From NCBI RefSeq assembly GCF_009914755.1, contig NC_060925.1: DNA of 64,000 nucleotides; one strand, written 5' to 3'. The DNA comes from the human T2T-CHM13v2.0 reference genome, Homo sapiens. Positions 31,890 to 52,892 of this stretch are shown here, one piece after another. Under the pieces are notes generated by a model. The model saw only the letters and a program-made list of their open reading frames with translations, was not told the origin of the DNA and ran no database searches. A program made the position numbers and the translations under genes. Numbering within the stretch: position 1 is the stretch's first letter; each line of letters begins with the position of its first letter.

Positions 31890-32305
31890 GTGAGTAAGGG
31901 CATAGAGGACCAGGTCCCTACTGGTAAGGGTGAGTGGGCTACCCACTAAGCCTGGGGGGCTGTATGACCCTTGGTAAAGGCGGTCTCCCAGTTTCACTCT
32001 TTTTGTCCGTCCAGAACCTTTCCTAGGTAGATTCTTTTTTCTTCTCTCTCCTTATTCTTTTTTGTCCTTCTTCAGTCTGGCAGCCCCTGGCTGTGGTTGT
32101 GGCTGGCTGAAAAACATACAACTTACCCCTTCCTTTATGCCGGTGCTCAGGAGTTGGAAATGAAAGAGTCAGAGATCTTTGCATTAAAGGGGTCTGGATT
32201 TCTTGCTGAGTTCTTACTCCTTGATGATCTGAGTCTTCTCCTAGCATGACCTGGAAAGGTCCTTAATTGCTATTTGTGTCTTTTAAAATTACTGTTTCAA
32301 AACAG

Positions 32306-32578
32306 AGCAGCTGCCAAGGCCTCAAGTTAGAGTGGATTCTATCATCTCTGAAAATGGGATCTGTAATGCCATCTTGAGGTGTTCTGTGGAGGAAGGAGGA
32401 GAGACCATCACATATGAGTGGACATCAATGGGACCAGGGGCTGCTGTGTCCCACGTGGGGTCAGTCCTCTATGGCTCCTGAAGCCTTCATGACCTGGATT
32501 GGATCTACACTTGCACAGCTCTGAATCCTGTTAGCTACAGCAACTCTACTCTTACCCTTGCTGCACAGCTTTGTGCAA
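32306..32578 (+). pseudogene. Exon 3: CD2/SLAM-type IgC2 domain with in-frame TGA at 32479-32481
   Basis: Acceptor tttcaaaacAG; translation KQLPRPQVRVDSIISENGICNAILRCSVEEGGETITYEWTSMGPGAAVSHVGSVLYGS*SLHDLDWIYTCTALNPVSYSNSTLTLAAQLCA shows the four family cysteines and the YTCxAxNPVS motif; donor CAA|GTAAGA at 32578/32579. Confidence 0.9.
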
Positions 32579-32591
32579 GTAAGAGTCCCCT

Positions 32592-32659
32592 TCTGGTCTC
32601 TCTAGCACCCCTTGGAAATGTTTTGTCTGGTCTCTGTAGCACCCCTAGGAAATGTTTTG
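32592..32659. repeat. 34-bp tandem duplication in intron 3
   Basis: tctggtctctctagcaccccttggaaatgttttg twice, 2 mismatches. Confidence 0.9.
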
Positions 32660-32756
32660 GGGTGAGGGCACAGCAGCCCTTGTCACCTGCCAACAACCCT
32701 CATTCGACTTACACACATGTGCTCTGTCCTCTCTCATTCTACTTTCTCTCTTTCAG

Positions 32757-32905
32757 GTTCCAAGGCAGCTGAAGGCACCTATTGCCCAGTGAAATGGATT
32801 TTCCTGGGGAACAGGCTTCTTCTCCTTGTGTTCCTTGGTGTCCTACAAACTTGGCATATTCAGGCACAGGTGCTCAGCAAACCCTTGAGGCCTAACTCAG
32901 GGTAA
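32757..32905 (+). CDS. Exon 4: stalk, transmembrane segment and short tyrosine-free cytoplasmic tail
   Basis: Long pyrimidine tract ending tttcAG at 32756; SSKAAEGTYCPVKWIFLGNRLLLLVFLGVLQTWHIQAQVLSKPLRPNSG*; in frame with exon 3 and with exon 2. Confidence 0.8.
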
Positions 32906-33319
32906 TAAGAGGCCACCAGTACCCCAGGAGAGCCAGGCTGTGCCCAACTGAGGCCATTACTTTTCTGTGGCTCAACTAAATTACATTTATTGACCCGTAC
33001 TCTTTTCAAGGTGAAGTACTATGGATTGTCAAAGGCCATTGGGATAAATTTTTTTATTTTGTCATGTCTGAGCCCATGTACATGCTTATTTTTTTTTTTT
33101 AAAAGAAGAAGTTTGGTCAAGAAGAGATAAAATAACTGCACGAACACCATATGTTATCTATTCTAAGCATATTTTTTCTCCACAATTTAAGGTTTCTGAA
33201 ATCAAGATAAGTCATAATATAAATGTATACAGCTAAAAGGAATAGGGTGTTTTTCTCCCAAAATATCATTATTAAAATGATCTGCTTTTTAAAATTCAGT
33301 GGTGTCTTCTGTTGATAGA

Positions 33320-34190
33320 GATGTGAATTAGTACACTATTATGGAAAAACAGTATGAAGGTTCCTAAAAGAATTAAAAATAAAACTACCATTTGATCCAG
33401 CAATCCTACTACTGGGCATATATCCAAAGAAAATTACATGTCGAAAGGATATCTGCACTCTTATGTTGATTGCAGCATTATTCACAATAGCCAAGATATG
33501 GAAGCAACCTAAGTGTCCATCAGTGGATGAATGGATAAAGAACATGTGGTATATATACACAATGGAACACTATTCAGCTTTTATTTATTTATTGAGATGG
33601 AGTCTCACTCTGTTGCTCACACTGGAGTGCAGTGGTATGATCTCAGCTCACTGCAACCTTGCCTCCCGGGTTCAAGCAATTCTCCTGCCTCAGCCACCCG
33701 AGTAGCTGGGATTACAGGCACGTGCCACAATGCCCAGCTAATTCTTGTATTTTTAGTGGAGATGAGGTTTCAGCATGTTGGCCAGGCTGGTCCTGGCTCC
33801 CGACCTTGGGTGATCTGCCTGCCTCGGCCTCCCAAAGCGCTGAGATTACAGGTGTGAGCCATTGAACCCGGCCAGCTTTTAAAAAGAAGAAAATCTGTCA
33901 TTTGCAATGGCATAGGTAGACCTGGAAGACCTTATGTTAAGTGAAATAAAACAGGCACAGAAAGATACATACTACATAATCTCACTCATATGTAGAATCT
34001 AAAATAGTTAAACTCATAGAAGTAGAGAGTAGAATAGTGGTTACCAGGGGCTGGGGTAGTTGGGTGTGATGTTGGGGACATGTTGGTCAAAGGATACACA
34101 ATTTCAATTAGGAAGAAGCTCAAAAAATCTATTGTACAATATGGTCACTATAGGTTAATAATATATTTCAACTTAAATAAAAATTTAAAA
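33320..34190 (+). mobile_element. L1MA 3' fragment with inserted Alu
   Basis: gatccagcaatcctactactgggcatatatcc...gaagtagagagtagaatagtggttacc. Confidence 0.8.
33578..33873 (-). mobile_element. Alu
   Basis: TSD cagctttt; inside L1MA. Confidence 0.93.
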
Positions 34191-34242
34191 TATCTTAAGA
34201 AACAATACAAATCTGTTCAATATTTATTAGAACTAGATAGTT

Positions 34243-41325
<7,083 letters not shown>

Positions 41326-41365
41326 AGAACTAGATAGTTGAGACTATTTCATAAAATAGCATTTA

Positions 41366-41797
<432 letters not shown>

Positions 41798-41936
41798 TCA
41801 ATATAGTCAATATTAAAATTTTTTTTTAGTTTATTGCAAAGAGATCTGTAGGTAGGAAGCAAGATGAAGTACCTTAATACTTTCTTACTAGCTGGTGAAG
41901 GTGGGCTACATGTACAATTGAAGATAAATAATATTC

Positions 41937-42359
<423 letters not shown>

Positions 42360-42764
42360 TCACATAAAGATATCTCAAGGAAACTTCTGGTAACCAAAAT
42401 TTGCCAAAACACATTTCCTTCATAACAAAATAATAGTACGTATAAATGTGATAATAAAGGATTTAACCCTCATTTGCTTAATGTTTACATTCTTACTGCC
42501 TCCAAGGGGATGATCTTGTAATTACGTCCCCATGTTCATCCTTATATAACAAGATGTAATGACCAGCTCAGTGCTTTGTCAATCTCAAAACACAATAACA
42601 GGACTTTTCCCGGTTCCTTATTAAGTTGTTAAATTACATTTTTTGACTCTGGCTTTTGTTACAAAACTGAATTAGGAAATATAGGGCTCCTAATTTTGTT
42701 TCCCCTATAGCCTGAGGATGTTTTGCCATATATGAATCACTGCAAATTTGAAAACGTGATTTTT

Positions 42765-42847
42765 TTTTCTTTTTTTTAAATTATACTTTAAGTTCTAGGG
42801 TACATGTGCACAACGTGCAGGTCTGTTACATATGTATGCTTGTGCCA
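42765..42847 (-). mobile_element. Extremely 5'-truncated L1PA tip
   Basis: ttatactttaagttctagggtacatgtgcacaacgtgcagg; TSD gaaaacgtgattttt / gaaaacatgactttt. Confidence 0.85.
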
Positions 42848-43172
42848 GAAAACATGACTTTTAGGCAAGTGTATTATTAGGCAAATTGCTTGCCATTAAA
42901 TTTTCATTGTAATTTTCTATGTAAATTTTCATAGTCTTCTCAACAAATGATGCTTGATCAATTGGATATAAATATGTCAAAAAACTTTGATCAATTTCCT
43001 ATACAATATTGTAAAATTAACTCAAAATGAATTATAGGCATAAAAGTAAAATCAGAAAGCATAAGACTTCTAGAGAAAAACAGGAAAAATTATTTGTGAT
43101 CTTGGGTTAGGCAAGAATTTTGCGGATAATAACAAAAGCACAATCCATAAAAGAAAAATTTGAGCTTCTGCT

Positions 43173-43468
<296 letters not shown>

Positions 43469-43581
43469 AGGCTTCTGGTTTTTGAAAGAGAATGAAAAGA
43501 CAAACCACAGACTAGGAGGAAATATTTACAAATCCTATCTCATAAAGTACTTGTATCCAGATTATATAAAGAACACCCAAA

Positions 43582-44296
43582 GATGCTGTTAATCTATAAC
43601 CTTACCCCCAACCCCGTGCTCTCTGAAACATGTGTTGTGTCCACTCAGGGTTAAATGGATTAAGGGCGGTGCAAGATGTGCTTTGTTAAACAGATGCTTG
43701 AAGGCAGCACGCTCGTTAAGAGTCATCACCACTCCCTAATCTCAAGTACCCAGGGACACAAAGACTGCGGAAGGAAGGCCGCAGGGACCTCTGCCTAGGA
43801 AAACCAGAGACCTTTGTTCACGGGTTTATCTGCTGACCTTCTCTCCACTATTATCCTATGACCCTGCCACATGCCCCTCTCCGAGAAACACCCAAGAATG
43901 ATCAATAAATACTAAAAAAAAAAAAAATAGCTGGGCATGGTGGCGGGTGCCTGTAGTCCCAGGTGTGAACCCGGGAGGTGGAGCTTGCAGTGAGCCGAGA
44001 TCGTGCCACTGCACTCCAGCCTGGGTGACAGAGCGAGACTCTCAAAAAAAAAAAAAGAAGAAGAACTCAATGGATGTTTGCTATGTCTCTCTTCTCTAAG
44101 CTATACCATATTTAGGATCTTTTAATTACAGTGAGGCAAAGCATACAATAAAATGGCCTGGTGTGGCGCTCACACCTGTAATCTCAGCACTTTGGGAGGC
44201 TGAGGCAGGAGGATTGCTTGCAGCCAGGAGTTTGGGACCACACTCTCTACAAAAAATAAAAATAAAGAAATAAACACCAAAAAAAAAAAAAAAAAA
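43582..44296 (+). mobile_element. Severely 5'-truncated SVA (SINE-R only) with composite 3' extension (Alu right arm, unique DNA, Alu left monomer, polyA)
   Basis: SINE-R 43582-43913 then A run; TSD AACACCCAAA at 43572-43581 and 44297-44306; removing the insert restores a continuous old-L1 sequence. Confidence 0.85.
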
Positions 44297-44924
44297 AACA
44301 CCCAAAACTCAATTTTAAAAAGACAAGCAATTAAAAAGTGGGCAAAATATTTGAATAGGGATGTCAGAGAAGTGGTTTTCATGCGCGTTTGCCTAATGAC
44401 TAATGTGTTGAACGACTTTTCACGTGCTGGCAAATAAGCACATGAAATGCACATGAAAACCAGATGAGACACCACTCCATACATATGATAACGTCTAAAA
44501 TTACGGTGAGCAGACCAACTATTTGGTGATGGTGTGGAGGAACTGGAGCACTCATATACTGCTGGTAGAAATACAAAATGGTACAACTGCTTGGAAAAAC
44601 ATTTTAGATATTTCTTAAAAAGTAACACATATAACATGATTTAGCCATTCCACTTGTAGGTATTTACACAAGAGAACTGAAAACATATGCCTATACAAAG
44701 AGTTATGTGGAAATATTCATAGCACTTTTTATTTGTAATAGCCTCAAAGTGGAAACCACCTAAATGCCCATCAACAGATGAATGATTAAACTGTGGCACA
44801 TTCATCTGATAGAATACTGCTCATAAACTAAAAGGAAGAAACCATGGACATATGCAAAAACATAGATGTACCTCAAAACTATTCTGAGTGAAATAAACCA
44901 GACAAAAAATGAACATGAATTTAA

Positions 44925-45252
44925 TTATTTTATTTATTTATTTATTTTTATTTTTATTTTTATTTTTTGAGACGGAGTCTCTCTCTGTCGCCCAGGCTGG
45001 AGTGCGGTGGCTCACTCGGCTCACTGCAAGCTCTGCCTCCTGGGTTCATGCCATTCTCCTGCCTCGGCCTCCTGAGTAGCTGGGACTACAGGCGCCTGCC
45101 ACAACACCCGGCTAATTTTTTTTTTTTGTATTGTTAGTGAGATGGGGTTTCACCGTGTTAGCCAGGATGGTCTCGATCTCCTGATCTCATGATCTGCCTG
45201 CCTTGGCCTCCCAAAGTGCTGGGATTACAGGTGTGAGCCACCAAGCCCTGCC
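44925..45252 (-). mobile_element. AluY-like
   Basis: (TTTA)n tail, full length. Confidence 0.93.
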
Positions 45253-45713
45253 TTAATGATTTAATTTATATAATGTTTTGAAAATGCAAACTAATCTATC
45301 ATGATAGAAAGCAGATTAGTGGTTGTCTGGGAATGAGGGGGTTGAGAGTGGGAAGGAGGAAAGATTCCACTAGGGCATAGGGAAGCTTAGGAGTGATGGG
45401 TATGTTTAGATTCTCGTTCCTAATGATGGTTTCACAGGTGAAAACCTGTGAAAACTTAATCATTGTACACTTTCCACAGGGGTAGTCTACAACATGTCAG
45501 TTGTACCCCAATAAAGCTGTAAAGGAATGGAAAGAGCATCAGTGACCCACAGAGAAATCTCAAGGAGTCTAATATGTGTATTTGGAGTCCCCTAAGGTGA
45601 AGAGAGTGGAAAGACATAAAACAATATTTGAAGAAATAATGACCAAAATTTTCCTAATTTGATGAAAACTATAAATCTACAGGTCCAAGAAGCCCAATGA
45701 AACTCAAGCCAGA

Positions 45714-45717
45714 TACA

Positions 45718-45771
<54 letters not shown>

Positions 45772-45780
45772 GACACACAC
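45714..45780. repeat. (CA)n microsatellite
   Basis: Direct inspection. Confidence 0.95.
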
Positions 45781-45834
45781 TAAGGCATGCCATCACCTAT
45801 AAGACTGCATAAAGTAGCCATAAAAATTTTACAA

Positions 45835-46117
45835 GAATACACGTCTGTAATCTCAACACTTTGGGAGATGGAGGTAGGTGGATTGTTTGAGCCCAGGAGT
45901 TGGAGAACAGCCGGGGCAACATGGCAAAACCCCGTCCCCGTCTCTACAAAAAAATTTTTTTTAAAAATTAGCTGAGCATGGTAACACACGCCTGTAGTCC
46001 CAGCTACTAGAGAGGCTGAGGTGGAAGGATCACCTGAGCCCAGGAGGTCGAGGCTGTAGTGAGCCGTGATTGTGCCATTGCACTCCAGGGCAACAGAGCA
46101 AGACCCTGTTTCAAAAA
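45835..46117 (+). mobile_element. Alu (J-like)
   Basis: Diverged Alu. Confidence 0.88.
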
Positions 46118-46478
46118 ACTCCCACAATTTTTACAAATAAACAGATATGTAAGGTGTATGTGGAGGACGAGAGGAGAATGGGAGTGGGAAAGATGGATGA
46201 ATAAAATGAAAAAGAGGCTTTTGGTGGATCAGTGAAGATAATGTGCCACAGAAGGTGTTTAATGAATTAACTTGACCCTCTGTGGCTGAGGCCAAAATAT
46301 CGACATAAGCAGGAATTTGGAGTAAAGGTTCAAACAGAAGAAATATTATGAAATAGCTAATGCTTTGATAGCAATTACAACATGTAAGGAACTGTTATAA
46401 GTGGCTTGCACATATTAACTCACTGAATGTACACAATGCTATAGTGTAGGAGTTCTTATTACCATCATCCCTGTGCTT

Positions 46479-46784
46479 GGTTTTTTGTTTGTTTTTGTTT
46501 TTTTGAGAGGGAGTCTTGCTCTGTCACCCAGGCTGTAGTGCAGTGGTGCAATCTCAGCTCACTGCAACCTCCGCCTTCCGAATTCAAGTGATTCTCCTGC
46601 CTCAGCCTCCTGAGTAGCTGGGATTACAGGCACGCGCCACCAAGCCCAGCTAATTTTCGTATTTTTAGTAGAGATGGGGGTTTCACCATGTTGGTCAGGC
46701 TGGTCTCAAACCCCTGACCTTGTGATCTGCCCGCCTCAGCCTCCCAAAGTGATGGGATTACAGGCGTGAGCCACCGTGCTCGGC
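46479..46784 (-). mobile_element. Alu
   Basis: Full-length Alu in MIR. Confidence 0.95.
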
Positions 46785-46814
46785 ACATCTTCCCTGTTTT
46801 AAAGATAGGGACAG

Positions 46815-47473
<659 letters not shown>

Positions 47474-47779
47474 AAAGATAGGGACACTGAGGCACCAGCA
47501 GAGTAAATAATTTTCCCAAGATGCACAATTAATAAATGGTAGAACCAGGATTTGGATCCAGATGAACTGTTTCTAGAGTCTAATTTCCTCAGCTACTATA
47601 CAATATAGGTTTGCAAGAATTTCCAGGAATAACAAAACGATGGGATTTTAAGCCCATTTTATCCAAATCTTTAATGACAAGGTAACTCAACAAGTAGAAG
47701 AAATTAGGAACATGCCAAGAAACTGGCACATGTGTATTGTGTGTGTAGAGCACTGTTTTCTTGAGTGCAGCAGATATCA

Positions 47780-48091
<312 letters not shown>

Positions 48092-48629
48092 TCATCAAAA
48101 AAAACCCCTCATAATAAAGAAGAGGGTACAGACTGAGCTGCCTCATGAAAGGGATGGGGCTGTACGGTTGGTATCAGGAAGGGATCACAGGTACAAAATA
48201 CTACATCTAGTTTGGGAGAGTAGAAAATACTTTGCAAGAGAGGCATTTGAGATTGATATTGAAAGATGGGAGGAGACTGAGTAGGTCAGAGAAGGATTTT
48301 AGATAATAGGGTAATATAATTATCATTTATGGAGTGTCTCTTATGTTCCAGGTACTATATATCACTGAATACCCCTAACAACTGTAGGGGGTAGGCATGG
48401 TTACTCCCATTATTCAGATGAAGAAGCAAGCCATTATTATTTTCCCTGATCTTATTCTCTCTCTGAATGTTACCACTATACAAGTAGTCTTCCAAAATAG
48501 AAAACTGGAGATTATTAAAATTTGTTCTCATTCATCCCTATAGCCAATGACTAAATCATGTTCTTTTCATTACCTAAATAGTCTTATATCCATTCCTTCT
48601 CACCCATCCCTATGGTATAGTTTGTTTAA

Positions 48630-48631
48630 TT

Positions 48632-48678
<47 letters not shown>

Positions 48679-48965
48679 TTTTTGAGATGGAGTCTCACTC
48701 TGTTGCCCAGGCTGGAGTGCAGTGGCACAATCTTGGCTCACTGGAAACTCCGCCTCCTGGGTTCAAGTGATTCTCCTGCCTCAGCCTTCTGAGTAGCTGG
48801 GATTATTGGCGTGCACCACCACACCCAGTTAATTTTTGTGTTTTTAGTAGAGGTGAGGTTTTACCATGTTAGCCAGGCTGGTCTCGAACTCCTGACCTCA
48901 AATGATTCTCCCACCTCAGCCTCCCAAAGTGTTGGGATTACAGGTGTGAGTCACCACACCCGGCC
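48630..48965 (-). mobile_element. Alu with (TTTA)n tail
   Basis: TSD ccctatggtat. Confidence 0.93.
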
Positions 48966-50077
48966 CCTATGGTATCGTTTAAATGCATGGTCTACTCATC
49001 TTTTTTGAATAATTCAATCACCTTTTGGCTAAGCCCTATCTCTAGTTTTATCCCCTCCCAATTCACCAGAATGATCTTTGTGAAATAAAAACTGATATCT
49101 ATTTCCTTACTGGGATGTATGAGTTAGGGTTGTTCATGTTTCACATAATAGAAATCTTATCTCAAACCTATTCAGTAAGGAAACTCAACCAGAAAACTTC
49201 TTGGCTCATGTCATGGGAAGTTCAGAGAGAAGGTAGTGTTTGTTTAATCTAGGCTCCAGCACCATTTCCCTGCAATTCTCTCATGTCTGTCTCTCCACTA
49301 TCAGTTTCGTTCTTCAGGCTAGTTGAAAGGTATCCACAGTAGTTTTGGCACTCACACTTATAGTATGATGTCCAGTGAGAGAGGAAAAACTGCCCCTTCT
49401 TGTGTTTCAGTCTTGGGAGTGAAAAAACTTTATCTGGAAACTGTCAGAAAACTTAAATTGTATTAGCTCATATTTCACCATATGTACAATTTCTGACCCT
49501 ATCTCTCTGGTTAAGGGAATGCCATCCAGGGATGGGTTCAGGTCTGAGATCCTGAGCCAATCACTAACAAGGAGCATGGGATTATTAAAGTAGCTTATTC
49601 AGAATATGCTCCCAGAGCTGGGGGTTCAATCTTCCATACCACTTGGATGTTACACAACAGAAGTGGGTAAAATTGATGTTGAGTAGAAAATCATGGGGTC
49701 ACTACATGGATAAGGTCCAAACTCTTTTGCCCAACTGACAAAGCCCTTTGAGTTTTGTCCTCTGCTTACCTCTCAGGACTCATTCCCTGCCATTCTTCTT
49801 TGCACACTTAAAATTGAGCCATATTGAACTACCTGTACTTCCTGAAAAAGAACATGCTTTTCCAGATGACCATACTTTTCATATATCTAGATCTACATTT
49901 GCATCTTTGCATACTTTCTACTTCCCGGAATGCCAGCCCCCTTTGACTAACTGATAAACACATCTTTCAACATGAAACTCAAGTGTCCTTTCCTATATGA
50001 AGCCTTCCTCGATCTCTTGGACAAGTTTAACCAATGAATCCTTTGTGCCATTGGTTACCTAGTTCACACTTCAAATA

Positions 50078-50391
50078 TCTTTTCTTTCTTTCTTTCTTTC
50101 TTTTTTTTTTTGAGACAGGGTCTTCTTGCTCTGTCTTCTGGGCTGGAGTGCAGTGGCACTGTCATGGCTCACTGGAGCCTTGACCTCCTGGCTCAAGCAA
50201 TCCTCCCACCTCAGCCTCCTAAGTAACTGGGATTATAGGCACACACCACCATGCCCAGCTAATTTTTTAGTTTTGTAAAGATGAATTCTTGCTATGTTAC
50301 CTGGGCTGGTCTCAAACTCCTGGACCCAAGCTATCTGGCTGCCTCAGCCTCCCAGTGTTGGGATTATAGGCGTGAGCCACAGTGCCTGGCC
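50078..50391 (-). mobile_element. Alu (J-like) within L2 remnant
   Basis: TSD cacacttcaaatat. Confidence 0.9.
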
Positions 50392-51037
50392 CACACTTCA
50401 AATATTGTAGTTATCTCACTGATGCACAATTATTTGTTTTTGTTTTTGTTTTGGTCTCCTCAACTAGATTGCAAGCTTTTTAAGGACAGGTACTATATCT
50501 TCTGTCTTTTTCTACTGCCTAGTAGAGTTTCTAGCACATTCCAAATACTCATAAATATCTCTTGAATGAATGAAGCATGCCCTCAGCATCATTGTTTCCC
50601 CTCCTCCTTTAGGTTCCCCTTGCTTAGTCTCACCAGCCCTGGCCAGTCTCCCCAGTGCTACTTTGTTGGTGCCCAGATCTTGTCATTATCAGGCTTAGGT
50701 GTAAGATAAGACCTGTATTGGGTCTTACACCTAGGAGCTGTTACCTCTCTAGTAAGCTAACTCACCAGGTGAACAAATACACTTATATGTGGTAACACTA
50801 AAAAGCTGGGAGACCGCCTCCCAGATTTGTGCTTGTTACTTCTTTCACCACATCCCTCAGTGATATGCCTCTGTCTCTTTGTGTCTCTGATAGGCAAGAG
50901 AACAGGCTGCAAGACAGATTTAGGTCCCTCCGATATCTGGATTACTGGAATAGCCTCCTATTGTCTCTCTGCTTATAGTTTTGCTCTTTTTCCATCTATT
51001 CTCAACATAACCATCAAAGAGATCTTTTAACAGTTTA

Positions 51038-51340
<303 letters not shown>

Positions 51341-51385
51341 GTTTAATCAGACCTTGTTTTTCCTTTGCTCAAAACCCTGCAAACC

Positions 51386-52880
51386 TCAACCTCTCCCTCT
51401 CCCTCTCCCTCTCCCTCTCCCTCTCCGTCTCCCCACGGTCTCCCTCTCTTTCCACGGTCTCCCTCTGATGCCGAGCCGAAGCTGGACTGTACTGCTGCCA
51501 TCTCGGCTCACTGCAACCTCCCTGCCTGATTCTCCTGCCTCGGCCTGCCGAGTGCCTGCGATTGCAGGCGCGCGCCGCCACGCCTGACTGGTTTTCGTAT
51601 TTTTTTGGTGGAGACGGGGTTTCGCTGTGTTGGCCAGGCTGGTCTCCAGCTCCTAACCGCGAGTGATCCGCCAGCCTCGGCCTCCCGAGGTGCCGGGGTT
51701 GCAGACAGAGTCTGGTTCACTCAGTGCTCAATGGTGCCCAGGCTGGAGTGCAGTGGCGTGATCTCGGCTCGCTACAACCTCCACCTCCCAGCCGCCTGCC
51801 TTGGCCTCCCAAAGTGCCGAGATTGCAGCCTCTGCCCAGCTGCCACCCCGTCTGGGAAGTGAGGAGCGTCTCTGCCTGGCCGCCCATCGTCTGGGACGTG
51901 AGGAGCCCCTCTGCCTGGCTGCCCAGTCTGGAAAGTGAGGAGCGTCTCTGCCCGGCCGCCATCCCATCTAGGAAGTGAGGAGCGCCTCTTCCCGGCCGCC
52001 ATCCCATCTAGGAAGTGAGGAGCGTCTGTGCCCGGCCGCCCATCGTCTGAGATGTGGGGAGCGCCTCTGCCCCGCCGCCCCGTCTGGGATGTGAGGAGCG
52101 CCTCTACCCCGCCGCAACCCCGTCTGGGAGGTGAGGGGCGCCTCTGCCCGGCCGCCCCTACTGGGAAGTGAGGAGCCCCTCTGCCCGGCCAGCCACCCCG
52201 TCCGGGAGGGAGGTGGGGGGGTCAGCCCCCCGCCCGGCCAGCCGCCCCGTCCGGGAGGTGAGGGGCGCCTCTGCCTGGCTGCCCCTACTGGGAAGTGAGG
52301 AGCCCCTCTGCCCGGCCACCACCCCGTCTGGGAGGTGTGCCCAGCAGCTCATTGAGAACGGGCCATGATGACAATGGCGGTTTTGTGGAGTAGAAAGGGG
52401 GGAAAGGTGGGGAAAGGATTGAGAAATCGGATGGTTGCCGTGTCTGTGTGGAGAGAGGTAGACATGGGAGACTTTTTGTTTTGCTCTGTACTAAGAAAAA
52501 TTCTTATCCTGTTGATCTGTGACCTTGCCCCCAACCCTGTGCTCTCTGAAACATGTGCTGTGTCCACTCAGGGTTAAATGGATTAAGGGCGGTGCAAGAT
52601 GTGCTTTGTTAAACAGATGCTTGAAGGCAGCATGCTCCTTAAGAGTCATCACCACTCCCTAATCTCAAGTACCCAGGGACACAAACACTGCGGAAGGCCG
52701 CAGGGTCCTCTGCCTAGGAAAACCAGAGACCTTTGTTCACTTGTTTATCTGCTGACCTTCCCTCCACTATTGTCCTATGACCCTGACAAATCCCCCTCTG
52801 CGAGAAACACCCAAGAATGAACAATAAAAAAATAAATAAATAAAAATAAAAACAAACAAACAAACAAACAAACAAAAAAA
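51386..52880 (+). mobile_element. Full-length SVA (young, D/E-like)
   Basis: (CCCTCT)n head ~51390-51425, Alu-like domain, GC-rich VNTR ~51830-52335, SINE-R, AATAAA and A/AAAC tail; TSD ccctgcaaacc at 51375-51385 and 52882-52892. Confidence 0.97.
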
Positions 52881-52892
52881 CCCCTGCAAACC

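Larger units (their letters stand above)
30651..32905 (+). pseudogene. SLAMF6P1: Unprocessed 4-exon SLAM/CD2-family (SLAMF6-like) gene with a single in-frame nonsense codon; exons 30651-30699, 31557-31889, 32306-32578, 32757-32905
   Basis: GCCACC-ATG start; all three introns GT-AG and phase 1; spliced frame encodes signal peptide + IgV + IgC2 + TM + short tail (267 codons) with TGA at codon 186. IgV closely matches SLAMF6 as I recall it. The symbol is tentative: I recall that an SLAMF6 pseudogene symbol exists but cannot confirm it refers to this locus. Confidence 0.88.

Noticed and set aside
32479-32481. TGA as selenocysteine or programmed read-through
   Set aside because: The position is a family Trp, the context TGA-AGC is not a known read-through motif, and no SECIS is evident.
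32460-32483. 24-nt GT...AG segment whose removal would delete the TGA in frame
   Set aside because: Far below the minimum spliceosomal intron size, and it would remove a conserved C2 strand; a gene-predictor artefact at best.
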